Notes under the pieces: generated by a model
Told to the model about the DNA's origin: nothing
Databases searched by the model: none
What the model saw: the letters and a program-made list of their open reading frames with translations, nothing else
NCBI GenBank assembly: GCA_041690135.1
Contig: JAWLHY010000003.1
Span: 672,001-736,000 of the forward strand
Direction: 5' to 3'
DNA from: Armatimonadota bacterium
GTDB taxonomy: Bacteria > Armatimonadota > SYMT01
Length of the DNA stretch: 64,000 bases
Position numbers and translations under genes: made by a program
In this document: positions 29,404-39,036 of the stretch, piece after piece
Numbering within the stretch: the first letter of the stretch is position 1
Layout: every line of letters begins with the position of its first letter

Positions 29404-29463
29404 GATTAGGATTAGGATTAGGATTAGGATTACGATAAGGATAAGGATAAAGACAAGGATAAG
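29404..29463 (+). repeat. Hexamer simple repeat, 10 units
   Basis: (GATTAG)x4 GATTAC (GATAAG)x2 GATAAA GACAAG GATAAG. Confidence 0.85.
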
Positions 29464-29830
29464 GAGCGACAAGTACAGGGGCAAGTATTCTCACACCCCA
29501 GTCGGCTGATGCCGTTATCGCCAACCCGGACACAACCCTGACTCTTGCCTCGGAGTCCGAGAGATATCTCGGTCCCGAACGCTGTCTTGTCCTCTTGCCG
29601 GCTGCCCTCTTGTACGATTCAACCGGCCCCGCACTCTCCCTCCCAGGGCCGGCCGGAGTGAACTCGCTTCCAAGGGCATTAAGTGCCCCCGAAGGCGAGT
29701 AGGACCAGGTCGCCGCATTCATCCTTCAGAAGAACCTCACCGCCCGTTATGGGCGCGGTTTTCCGAGCGGACTGCCCTCTCTCGCGATCAGGCGGCCTTG
29801 CTGCGGAAGGGCGCCTCACCCGATGCGTGG

Positions 29831-30408
29831 TCAATGATCCGTTCCGCTCACCTGCGAGAACATCTCCAGCATGACACGATCGTTCAACTCGGTGGCAATC
29901 TCCAGGGCTGTCTTGCAATGAAGTGCGCGAGCTCTTGGGTCGGCACCCCCTCGGAGTAGCACCCGAACTATCGGGTAGTTTTTGTGGGCTGCCGCGAGGG
30001 ACAGAGCTCGAGAGCCCGACCCGTCCAGATCGGCCCCGCGCCGGAGCAGGAGCTCGACGGTAGTCAGGTGACCCCCTCTACGGCGCCTACCACCGCACTG
30101 TCCGTCAAGAATGTCGAGTGATTGGGGTCGGCGCCATAGTCAAGAAGTAGCTCAACCATCCGGTCATCGCCGCGGGTCGCGGCGACCATCAGCAGAGACT
30201 TCCCCTTCACCTCGAATCGGTCTGGTTCCGTCTGACGCCGCAGAGCCCAGCGGGCACGACCCTCGTGCCCATCGACCACTCCCGAGACCAGCATCCAACC
30301 CGGATAGGAACGGTACGCCAGGCCCGCGCAGACGAGCGCCACAGCAAAGGAGAAGAACAGGGTGAGGTCTCGGCGCCACTGCCGCTGGACGGCGTTTCTT
30401 AGTTGCAT
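29831..30408 (-). pseudogene. Membrane-anchored ankyrin-repeat protein, frameshifted at a G5 run (or a sequencing indel)
   Basis: Frame 1 ends ...LLDYGADPN...GAVEGVT*. One extra G at the run (C5 at 30072-30076 on +) gives EGGHLTTVELLLRRGAD...ALSLAAAHKNYPIVRVLLRGGADP...KTALEIA...* with the stop at 29831. Confidence 0.82.
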
Positions 30409-30470
30409 CAGTTCATACGTCTATAGAAAGATCCGTTACAACCGATCTTTTCCAAACCATACAAACGTTT

Positions 30471-31052
30471 CTATCCCAACACGACCCATTCAACAAACTT
30501 GTATCCAGCCATTCCCGAGGTGATACCCAGCGTGATGCGGCCGAGATCTGATCTAGCGTTCTTGAATACAGCCAAACATCGTTCACTTGGGGGCTCTTTC
30601 ATGCCATTCCAAACAGAGACCCCCACAATCTCGGTGATCGAAATTGAAGAGATAACTGCAATAGCCTCGGAAAATAATACCAATCGTGCAAGATACGCAC
30701 CACACAATCCATCGGCAATCACCGCAGCGATAAGGAAGAGTGGACCTTTAGAAAGAAACCTGTCCCTAAACAAGACTGCCGACGACCATATAGTTGCGAA
30801 CTCTATCGCAAGTCGCAAGAATACCGCCTGCAGTAGCACGCCACCAATTGTTCCCACCTGGATCGAAAGCAGAAAACCGCTGAAGAGGACTATCGACAGG
30901 AATGCTGTCGTTGCGCGAATCTCTCGATATTTGAGACGCGCCAACTCATAGATTTCACCTGGTTCGCCACGCCGTTGTTGCAAGACTCGAACCTCGCCAG
31001 AAGTAATGATATCGGTATTGATCCAGCTACTATCTCTCAAGCCGAACGACAT
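30471..31052 (-). CDS. Hypothetical membrane protein in A+T-richer island
   Basis: 193-aa ORF with several hydrophobic segments and atypical codon usage; start uncertain. Confidence 0.55.
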   Translation of the reverse strand: MSFGLRDSSWINTDIITSGEVRVLQQRRGEPGEIYELARLKYREIRATTAFLSIVLFSGFLLSIQVGTIGGVLLQAVFLRLAIEFATIWSSAVLFRDRFLSKGPLFLIAAVIADGLCGAYLARLVLFSEAIAVISSISITEIVGVSVWNGMKEPPSERCLAVFKNARSDLGRITLGITSGMAGYKFVEWVVLG

Positions 31053-31431
31053 ATACTCGCCTACCCATCCGGAGACTCCAGAGATCTACAACCACATCAT
31101 CGCTGAGACCTGCCACAAAGTGCACATGATCTATCCCGGTTTCATAACCCTCAGCTGCTGCTGAACTAGTGGAGATGCAGGCAACACGCAACCAGTATCC
31201 CATGGAGAAACCAACAGGACCCTCCATTGGAACGAGTTGACATATTGCGAGACCTGCAATTGGACCGGCCAGTAGCATGATGAGGACGAGGGTTGGCATT
31301 GTTCTTCGCCAACGGCGAGCGCCCTGCTCTCGAGTCTGTTCCGATTGCTCTCGATGAAGAAACATGCGGAGGCTCCAGAGCGGTTTGTACCTCAATCGGT
31401 TAACCTGGTATCGCCCTGCCGGTGTGGTCAC
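31030..31431 (-). CDS. Hypothetical protein with one TM segment
   Basis: Hydrophobic stretch TLVLIMLLAGPIAGLAIC; start uncertain. Confidence 0.4.
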   Translation of the reverse strand: MTTPAGRYQVNRLRYKPLWSLRMFLHREQSEQTREQGARRWRRTMPTLVLIMLLAGPIAGLAICQLVPMEGPVGFSMGYWLRVACISTSSAAAEGYETGIDHVHFVAGLSDDVVVDLWSLRMGRRVYVVRLER

Positions 31432-31450
31432 GGAACGTGAGGATCGAACG

Positions 31451-31840
31451 CTATGCCTCTATTCTTTGGCCGAGGCAGTAGCACAGGCCCACGTCGTCGC
31501 GGAGGAAGAAGACCCGATAGCGGGCGCCGCCGTGGTCGTCGACCCGCAGCGGGCTGGGGCGCAGGCCCGCGGCTTCCGCTTCGGCGCGGGCGGCCTCGAC
31601 ATCGGAGACGGAAAGGTAGCAACTGGCCTGTTCCGGATCACCGCCGGTTTCGGCGAGTCCCAGGGTGATCTCGTCGCGCCGGATCAGGGCACGGTGCACG
31701 GGGCTCTCCTCGCGGGCCACGACCCCGAACTCGAGCCGGTCCGTGTAGTAGGGCAGGGCGCTTTCGATATCCGGCACGGGCAGGTTTGTGGGGTCCGTGT
31801 CGCCAATGGGATATACGGCAAGGTAAAGGGCGCGGTCCAT
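31451..31840 (-). CDS. VOC/glyoxalase-family protein
   Basis: LPVPDIESALPYYTDRLEF, SCYLSVSDVEA, FFLRDDVGLCY. Confidence 0.85.
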   Translation of the reverse strand: MDRALYLAVYPIGDTDPTNLPVPDIESALPYYTDRLEFGVVAREESPVHRALIRRDEITLGLAETGGDPEQASCYLSVSDVEAARAEAEAAGLRPSPLRVDDHGGARYRVFFLRDDVGLCYCLGQRIEA

Positions 31841-32528
31841 CAGGTCCTCCGGGTCCGAATGTGGAGTGGTCTGCGTTCAGTTCCACAAGAAGGGGTCGGC
31901 TCCCCTTTCTTAATCGATCAGGCGCTGTCCCCTTGCACGCTGTGGATAGATCGCCGTCATCGAGGGCAGGCACCGAACCCCCACGGCGGTTTACGCCCCG
32001 AGGGGGTGCTTGCGCCCCGAGGGGGTGTTGCTGGTGAATCCCGGAGTGCGCACGAGTTGGCCGAACGAGATCTACCTCGTGAGCAGCGGAATGGAACTGC
32101 GTCACATTCCCTACGGTACCGTCATCCGAGGCGGTTTCAATGTCCCAACAACGTCCAAGGGAGTGTGGGTAGAGTGCAGTACCGGAGCTCGACCATGCAG
32201 GGTCGTGACGGAGTTCGATGCAGCGTTAGGGTGGAGGTTTGGTATGCGTCTCTGGTTTTCCCATTTGACCTCACGGTGTTTCCGTGTTTCTCACGTCCGG
32301 TTGTCGGACAGACCAGACTCGGCTGCTCTGCCTCCTTCTTCCTGGCGGTTCAGTTTTCGCAGGTTCTGCACTCTGCCGCCCTTTCAGGGCTCTTTGTATG
32401 GGTGCAAAGCAGTCCGGGGGTTCGCACCCCCGGCTAATCCCTGTCGTCCCTTCCATACGGACGCATGCGCCGGGGCTGCCGATTCGACCGTGCCGAGAAC
32501 TGAACCACCCTGGCGTCCCATTCGGGGC

Positions 32529-34964
32529 ATGGGCCTTGGCGGTGAGATTGGGTTGCTGACCGGGATCCTCGTGTTGGGGCTGGCGGCCTGCGGCGCGCAG
32601 GCGCAGAAGCCGGCGGACCGCCCGGCCAACCGGCTGAGTAAGGAGACCAGCCCCTATCTCCTCCAGCACGCGCACAACCCGGTGGACTGGTACCCCTGGG
32701 GCGAGGAAGCGTTCGCCAAGGCGCGCCGGGAGAACAAGCCGGTCTTTCTCTCCGTCGGCTACTCCGCCTGCCACTGGTGCCACGTGATGGAGCGGGAGAG
32801 CTTCGAGGACGAGAGCGTCGGCAAGCTGCTCAACGACCACTTCGTCTCCATCAAGGTCGACCGGGAGGAGCGGCCGGACGTGGACGAGATCTACATGTCC
32901 GCGCTGCTGGCGATGCACGGGCGGGGCGGCTGGCCGATGTCCGTGTTCCTCACCCCGGAGGGCAAGCCGTTCTCCGGCGGCACGTATTTCCCGCGGGACG
33001 ACTTTGCCGAGCGATTGCGGCAGATCCAGGCGTTGTGGTCCGATCCGGAGCAGCGAAAGCGGGTCCTGGATGCGGGCGAACGGGCGGCGCAGGCGATCGG
33101 CCGGGGTGGGCTGCGCCTGCCGGGCGGGGAGGTGTCGCCGGCGCTGCTCACGGGCGGGGTGAAGAGCCTGCTGGAGCGGCTGGACCCGAAACACGGCGGC
33201 TTTGGCGGTGCGCCCAAGTTCCCGCCGTCGGTCCGGCTGGAGTTCCTGCTGGCCGAGCAGCGGCGGAAGCCGGACCCGCTGGCACTGAAGGCGATCACGC
33301 TCACCCTGGACCAGATGGCCCGCGGCGGGATGTACGACCAGGTAGGGGGCGGCTTCCACCGGTACAGCGTCGACGAGAAGTGGCTGGTCCCGCACTTCGA
33401 GAAGATGCTGTACGACAACGCCCTCCTGGCCGGAGTCTACCTGGAAGCAAACCGGATGACGGGCAACGCCTACTTCCGCCGGATCGGGAAGGAGACGCTC
33501 GATTTCGTCCTGCGCGAGCTGCGGGACCCCGCGCCCAAGAGCGACTCCGGCGGCGCCTTCTGGAGCGCTCTCGATGCGGACAGCGCGAACCCGGAGGGGG
33601 AGAAGGAAGAGGGCCGCTTCTACACCTGGACCCCGGCCGAGGTGAACCATGTGCTGGGAGAGGCAGACGGCGCGCTCTTCTGCCGGGTCTACGGAATCAC
33701 CGGGGCGGGCAACTTTGAAGGGCGCAACATCCCGAACCTGCTGCCCCGCCCGGTGGAGGCTTGGGCCGCGGAGTTGAAGACCAGGCCGGAGGCGCTCTGG
33801 GCGCGCCTGGACCGGATGCGCGCGAAACTGCGGGCTGCCCGCGCGAAGCGCCCGCGCCCGTTCCTGGACGACAAGGTGCTGGCGAATTGGAACGGCCTGA
33901 TGCTGCGGGCGCTCGCCACCGGCTACCAGGTCACGGGGGAGGCCCGCTACCGGGAAGCGGCGGAACAGGCGGCCGGGTTCGTCCTCGCCCGGATGCGGGG
34001 CCCGGTCCCCGCGGGCCCGGAGAAAGGACCGGAAGGCGTGCGGCCGCTGCGCCACTCCTACCGCGCCGGTAAGTCACCCGAGGTCGTGTTCCTGGAAGAT
34101 TACAGCTTCCTCTCCGCCGGGCTGCTGGACCTCCACGCCGCCACGGGCGAGAAGAAGTGGCTCACGGAGGCCCACGCCCTGGCCCGGCGGATGGTGGCGG
34201 ACTTCCGGGACGAAGAGGGCAAAACCCTCTACATGACGCCCGGCCGGCACGAGAAGCTCCTGTTCCGGCCCACCAGCGCCGAGGACAGCGCCACCCCGTC
34301 CGGGCAGGGCATGGCGGCCGGGGTCCTGGTCCGCCTCGGACGTCTCACCGGCGATACCGCGCTGGCCGCGTACGGGCGGACGCTCCTGGAAAGCCATGCC
34401 TCCAACATGCGCCTCACGCCCGATTTCCTGCCGGGGATGCTGGTGGCGGTGAATACCCTGCTCACCCCGTCCGAGGAGCCCGTCGTCGCGGCGGCCGGCG
34501 CGGACCCCCTCGCCCCCGGCGACCCGCTCCTCCCCGGAGACTTTCCGGGCGTGGGCGGCGAGAAGGAGGATCCGGTCACCCTCTCCCTCACCGGGATCCC
34601 GAAAACGGTGAAGCCGGGCCAGGTGTTCACGGTAAAGGTCGGCTTCACCATCGGGCGCGGCTGGCACATCAACGGCGAGAAGCCGGGCGATCGGTTCCTG
34701 CTGCCGACCCAGGTGAGCCTGGCCCCCGGACCGTTCAAGCAGCTTTCGGTGACCTTTCCGCCCCCGAAGAAGCTCAAGATCAGCTACGCGGAGAAACCTG
34801 TCTACCAGTACCTGGAGAGCATGGCGGTCACGCTTAAGGTGAAGGCGCTCCCCGGCGCGGAGAAGCCGGCGGCGGTGCGGGTGAACGTCCGCTACCAGCC
34901 CTGCGACGAGGAGAAATGCCTGCGGCCCGTGAACACGACCCTCTCCGCCCCGGTGAACCAGTAA
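32529..34964 (+). CDS. Thioredoxin-domain protein YyaL/DUF255 (SPATA20-like) fused to a C-terminal DsbD-N-like domain
   Basis: [60 protein letters not shown]; C-terminal GWHIN...[12 protein letters not shown]. Start approximate; a signal peptide precedes the domain. Confidence 0.92.
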   Translation: MGLGGEIGLLTGILVLGLAACGAQAQKPADRPANRLSKETSPYLLQHAHNPVDWYPWGEEAFAKARRENKPVFLSVGYSACHWCHVMERESFEDESVGKLLNDHFVSIKVDREERPDVDEIYMSALLAMHGRGGWPMSVFLTPEGKPFSGGTYFPRDDFAERLRQIQALWSDPEQRKRVLDAGERAAQAIGRGGLRLPGGEVSPALLTGGVKSLLERLDPKHGGFGGAPKFPPSVRLEFLLAEQRRKPDPLALKAITLTLDQMARGGMYDQVGGGFHRYSVDEKWLVPHFEKMLYDNALLAGVYLEANRMTGNAYFRRIGKETLDFVLRELRDPAPKSDSGGAFWSALDADSANPEGEKEEGRFYTWTPAEVNHVLGEADGALFCRVYGITGAGNFEGRNIPNLLPRPVEAWAAELKTRPEALWARLDRMRAKLRAARAKRPRPFLDDKVLANWNGLMLRALATGYQVTGEARYREAAEQAAGFVLARMRGPVPAGPEKGPEGVRPLRHSYRAGKSPEVVFLEDYSFLSAGLLDLHAATGEKKWLTEAHALARRMVADFRDEEGKTLYMTPGRHEKLLFRPTSAEDSATPSGQGMAAGVLVRLGRLTGDTALAAYGRTLLESHASNMRLTPDFLPGMLVAVNTLLTPSEEPVVAAAGADPLAPGDPLLPGDFPGVGGEKEDPVTLSLTGIPKTVKPGQVFTVKVGFTIGRGWHINGEKPGDRFLLPTQVSLAPGPFKQLSVTFPPPKKLKISYAEKPVYQYLESMAVTLKVKALPGAEKPAAVRVNVRYQPCDEEKCLRPVNTTLSAPVNQ

Positions 34965-35344
34965 GACCCGGGAAGATAAAGAGGACCGAGGATAAGGATA
35001 AAGAGGCCGGAAGATTAGGGAGACGAAGGGGTCGGGTCGTGCGAACGCATCCGTGGGGTAAACCCGATCTGTAGGGGCATCGGCTCTGGTTGCCCTCTCC
35101 TGAACGGGATGAGTGCTTGCAAAACCGTATCTACTGTTAGAGCCGGGACCAGCCTGGTGCCGGCCAGTATGCCGACCCCGCCGACCCCGGATCCACGGTC
35201 CTTCCGATCGCCAACGCAAAGTTAACGCACCTGGGCAAACCCCGGAATGCCGGATGCGCACAGAAGGAGTCCTGGAGGGGCGATGGGATCCAGCTTCAGT
35301 GACAACAGAGCACCGGGACGTGCATCAGGGTTGGAGGGGTGAAG

Positions 35345-36706
35345 ATGGAAGTCGTGACTGCTCGGATTGTCGGATTGGCCGGTCTGTCCTTCCTGTTGCT
35401 TGGCGTGCCCGCCAGGAACGCCGATACGGCCACCGCCCCAACGGAACGTCTTCGGCTGATCGTGGAGACGGATGCCGGCGGCGACCCGGATGACGAGCAG
35501 TCGCTCGTGCGGTTTCTCCTGTACGCCAATGAGTGGGACGTGGAGGGGATCATCGCCAACCGGCCCGTGGCCCGGGAGCGCGAGAACCTGAACTCGGAAC
35601 GCACCGGCCTGGGGATCGTGCAGCGGCAGCTCGCAGCCTACGCGGAGTGCTACCCGAAGCTGGTGCGGCACGACGGTCGCTACCCGAAACCGGAAGTCCT
35701 CCGGAAGCGGGCCGTGCCCGGCTATGCCGACACTCCGGCCGGGGTGGACCTGATCCTGAAGGCGGTGGACAGCCCGGACCCCCGCCCCGTCTGGTTCCTG
35801 AACTGGGGTACCGACAACGGCTCCGCCGAAAGCTGCCTCAAGCGGGCGCTGGACCAGGTGCTGCGGGAGCGGGGGCCGGAGGGCTATGCCCGGTTCAAGC
35901 GCCGGATCCGGCTCAGCTCGTCGGACAAGTTCGCGGAACACACCACTACCCAGGAGCCGTCCTTCCCGTTCTGGGTGGACACGTTCCGCCCGGAGATCGA
36001 CCGCAAGCGCTGGTACCACCGGTTCTCGGCCCTTACGGCGAAGGCCGGTGGGTTCGACATCCGGCGCGACTGCCTCACCGGCCACGGTCCGCTGGGGGCG
36101 CTCTACCCGCTGAACACCACGCACCCCCAGAAGGAAGGCGATACTCCGACCTTCCTCTACCTGGTCCCCACGGGCATGAACGACCCGGACCACCCCGAGT
36201 GGGGAAGCTGGGCCGGGCGGTACGGTCCCAATGAAACCTACCCCGGCAAGCCGTACTTCTGGGCCAACCAGGTCGACACCTGGCAGGGCACCACCGAGCG
36301 CGACCACACCCTGCGCCGGTGGGCCGCCCACCTGCAGAACGACTTCCGCGCCCGCCTCGACTGGTGCGTTACGGAGCCCGCCGCCGCCAACCACCCCCCA
36401 CAGCCAGGCGTGAAGGGGAAGCTCGTCCGGACCGTCCGCGCGGGAGAGAAGGTGACCCTGGACGCCTCCGGCTCGAAAGATCCGGACGGTCAGTCGCTCC
36501 GGTACGAGTGGACGTTCTACCCCGAGGCCGGGGGCTACCGCGGCCCCCTCCCGGAGTTCTCCGGCGCCACCGCCGCGAAGGCGACCTTCACCGCGCCCGC
36601 CGTGGAGAGCCCGCAGGCGCTGCACCTGATCCTTGCTGTTTCGGATACCGGCGAGCCGCCCCTCACGCGCTACCGGCGCGTGATCCTGCATGTAAAGCCT
36701 CGTTAG
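35345..36706 (+). CDS. DUF1593 / nucleoside-hydrolase-like secreted protein
   Basis: ETDAGGDPDDEQSLVRFLLYANEWDVEGII, HGPLGALYP, EGDTPTFL, WGSWAGRY, QNDFRARLDW, LDASGS.DPDG. Confidence 0.9.
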   Translation: MEVVTARIVGLAGLSFLLLGVPARNADTATAPTERLRLIVETDAGGDPDDEQSLVRFLLYANEWDVEGIIANRPVARERENLNSERTGLGIVQRQLAAYAECYPKLVRHDGRYPKPEVLRKRAVPGYADTPAGVDLILKAVDSPDPRPVWFLNWGTDNGSAESCLKRALDQVLRERGPEGYARFKRRIRLSSSDKFAEHTTTQEPSFPFWVDTFRPEIDRKRWYHRFSALTAKAGGFDIRRDCLTGHGPLGALYPLNTTHPQKEGDTPTFLYLVPTGMNDPDHPEWGSWAGRYGPNETYPGKPYFWANQVDTWQGTTERDHTLRRWAAHLQNDFRARLDWCVTEPAAANHPPQPGVKGKLVRTVRAGEKVTLDASGSKDPDGQSLRYEWTFYPEAGGYRGPLPEFSGATAAKATFTAPAVESPQALHLILAVSDTGEPPLTRYRRVILHVKPR

Positions 36707-36771
36707 CAAAACGGTTACCGCGTGCCTGGCCGGGTGCGTCGCCGCACGGGCCTTTTGACGGAGAACTTCCC

Positions 36772-38991
36772 ATGATCCCGCATCGAGCAGCGTGGGTGGT
36801 CGGGTTGATCTGTTTGCTCGGAAGCATCGCGACCCCGGTTGGCAGCGAGCCTCTTTCCACCGCGGTACGCCAGGAGGACGAGCGGCTCGAGAAGCAGGTT
36901 ACCCTGGCCGCGACCGCGGTGTACCTGGGCGAATTCCTGGAGCGCCTCTCCCGGGAGACGGGGATCTCCCTGGAGGCCGGTAGCAACGGCGACGGCGCCG
37001 GTGACCCTCGCATCTCCGTGTATCTTTCCCAGGTTCCGGTGGGCGATGCGATGAATGCCCTCTGGTCGCTGGTGAGCTATAAGAACGCCCGGTGGCATTG
37101 GAGCCGAACCGGGACCCGCGGCCAATACCGCTATCGCCTCCTCCGTACACGGCCGGCGCAGCTGTTCGGCGCGCTTCTCCAGCAACAGGCCCAGGCGGAT
37201 TTCGAGGCGCACGCGGGCACCATGCTATCGGCGGTGCAGATGAGCCCGGAGCAACAGCGGCAGATTGCCGCCCGGAATAAATTGGCCGGCGCGCTCCTTC
37301 CGGACAGCCAACTGCGCGCTGGGCTCTCCACCTTTGCGCAGGTCCTCTCTCCCACGCAGCGGGCAGCCGTGCTCCGTGGTGAAACCCAGGTTACGGTTCC
37401 TGTAAGCCAGCTACCACCGGAAGGCCAGGCGTTCATCAAGACTTTTCGTTCCCAGAGCCAGGTGGTGAACATCACTCCCGACGGGGAACGGCGTCCGGCT
37501 CCGGAGCCGACATGGGTTCGCTTTCGAGCCCGCCGGGTGACGGGGGACATTGCGCCCGTCTTGTTTATGGATGTGGAGCACCTGGGCGGATATGGCTGCC
37601 TGGGCGGCCAACCTTTCGAGCAGGAGTGGAAGAACCAACTGGGCGATCTCTGGATGCTTCCGGGCGATGAGAAGGCCAGCCGTACCGAGGAGCGACCTCT
37701 TCCGGACCTGCTGGACTCGGCCCCAGCCCCGGCCGTGGAAGATAAGGCGGAACCGGTATTGGAGAGGCGTCTGCGCCAGGCGGCGGAGCGCGTTCCATTT
37801 TCGGTGATGGCCCGATTGCCGGCGGGTGCGCGCGCGGATCCGGTCCTCGGCAATGGCAGGCAAGGGCACCCTCGGACCGTGCGGGAGTTCCTGGACCGCC
37901 TGCACGAGCCTACGCTCTACCTGCAGCGGAAGTGGCGCAGCGGCATTCTCCTGCTGACCTACCCCTCCTGGTTCCTGAGTGAGGGCGGAAATGCCGCCAT
38001 GCCTTACCAGGAAGTCCGTAAGCTGCGCGAAGCAGAGGCGAAGGGGAAGGGATTTCTAACACTCGATGCTCTTTGCGCCGCCGCGGCGACCTTAAGTGAA
38101 GGGCAGTTGCTGAAGCTGGCCGCGGAATTCCCGGTGATGTCGCAGGTGGCTTACTGGCGGGGTCTCCTGGGGCTGCGGCACCAGTCCAAGCGGACTGCCG
38201 AGAGGTTGGAGAGCACACGGGGCTTGCCGCTGGCGGACGTTGGTCCGTCCATCCGAGCCCTTTCCGAACCGCGTTTCGAGACATTCCTCGAGAATGGAGC
38301 AACGGCTATCCGGTTGTCCGAGAGATACCACCCCAAAACGGACCCTCCAACCCGGGAAGTGCGGATCGAGCTATTGTCCCACGATACGGTGGTGGCAAGT
38401 GCCGGCTTCACGCAGGCACGACGGGCTGCCCGAGAGGCCGTGCGAAACGGAGGGTTTGAGGTGGTTGAGTCTCACGAAGGGCTGACCCGCGCGGCCGGAT
38501 GGGCGGTCTTTGGTGGAGACCATCCGGCGGGGGGCCTCTCCCAGGAGGCTCACACCGGTCGGCGGTCCGGATGTCTGCGTAGCCCGGATGAGAAGGCGGC
38601 TGGGATGAACTACATCCTCGCTGGGTCCGCGAGTGGGGTCGTGCGGTTCTGGTACAAGGCACTTCGCTCGGAGGTGGAGGGCCGGAACCTGGTCGTCTAT
38701 CTGATCCCGATGGAAATGCCCCTGGGAGCCACCTCGGCGCGGGAGTTCGTGCCGCCGGGAAAGGCGACGGGCCGCGTCCGGTTTCCCATTCCGAAGGAAC
38801 ACGTGGGTGATGGCAAGTGGCACTCTGCCACGCTACCGTTTGACTTCCGCGGCCAGGGAACCGAGTACCTCCTGTTCGCTCCCCGGATCAACGAGCTGAC
38901 CCCAGCGGTGGGTGGAGGCGAGTTCCTGATCGATGACGTGGAATTGAAGGGAGCCGACCTGCAGGAGCGGGCTCGGGAACGGCCGGAGTAG
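36772..38991 (+). CDS. Secreted hypothetical protein (N-terminal STN-like segment, C-terminal jelly-roll/CBM-like domain)
   Basis: Signal peptide MIPHRAAWVVGLICLL; DERLEKQVTL....LGEFLERLSRETGISL; C-terminal NGGFE...W...FLIDDVEL. Confidence 0.65.
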   Translation: MIPHRAAWVVGLICLLGSIATPVGSEPLSTAVRQEDERLEKQVTLAATAVYLGEFLERLSRETGISLEAGSNGDGAGDPRISVYLSQVPVGDAMNALWSLVSYKNARWHWSRTGTRGQYRYRLLRTRPAQLFGALLQQQAQADFEAHAGTMLSAVQMSPEQQRQIAARNKLAGALLPDSQLRAGLSTFAQVLSPTQRAAVLRGETQVTVPVSQLPPEGQAFIKTFRSQSQVVNITPDGERRPAPEPTWVRFRARRVTGDIAPVLFMDVEHLGGYGCLGGQPFEQEWKNQLGDLWMLPGDEKASRTEERPLPDLLDSAPAPAVEDKAEPVLERRLRQAAERVPFSVMARLPAGARADPVLGNGRQGHPRTVREFLDRLHEPTLYLQRKWRSGILLLTYPSWFLSEGGNAAMPYQEVRKLREAEAKGKGFLTLDALCAAAATLSEGQLLKLAAEFPVMSQVAYWRGLLGLRHQSKRTAERLESTRGLPLADVGPSIRALSEPRFETFLENGATAIRLSERYHPKTDPPTREVRIELLSHDTVVASAGFTQARRAAREAVRNGGFEVVESHEGLTRAAGWAVFGGDHPAGGLSQEAHTGRRSGCLRSPDEKAAGMNYILAGSASGVVRFWYKALRSEVEGRNLVVYLIPMEMPLGATSAREFVPPGKATGRVRFPIPKEHVGDGKWHSATLPFDFRGQGTEYLLFAPRINELTPAVGGGEFLIDDVELKGADLQERARERPE

Positions 38992-39036
38992 GGCAGCTGG
39001 GCAGGGCCGGGACGGGAGCCTGCGGTGGGGACCGGT

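Noticed and set aside
29404-29430. Telomere-like (TTAGGA)n tract
   Set aside because: Only four units, grading into GATAAG variants also seen elsewhere in the window; treated as a bacterial hexamer repeat.
32010-32528. N-terminal extension of the DUF255 ORF
   Set aside because: Atypical composition, and a signal-peptide-like segment begins only near 32490-32529. Similar over-extensions were trimmed for repA, iscS, iscX and the Gfo/Idh/MocA gene.
35070-35096. REP-like TGTAGGGGCA...TTGCCCT hairpin
   Set aside because: Single imperfect copy in the window and no RAYT transposase present.
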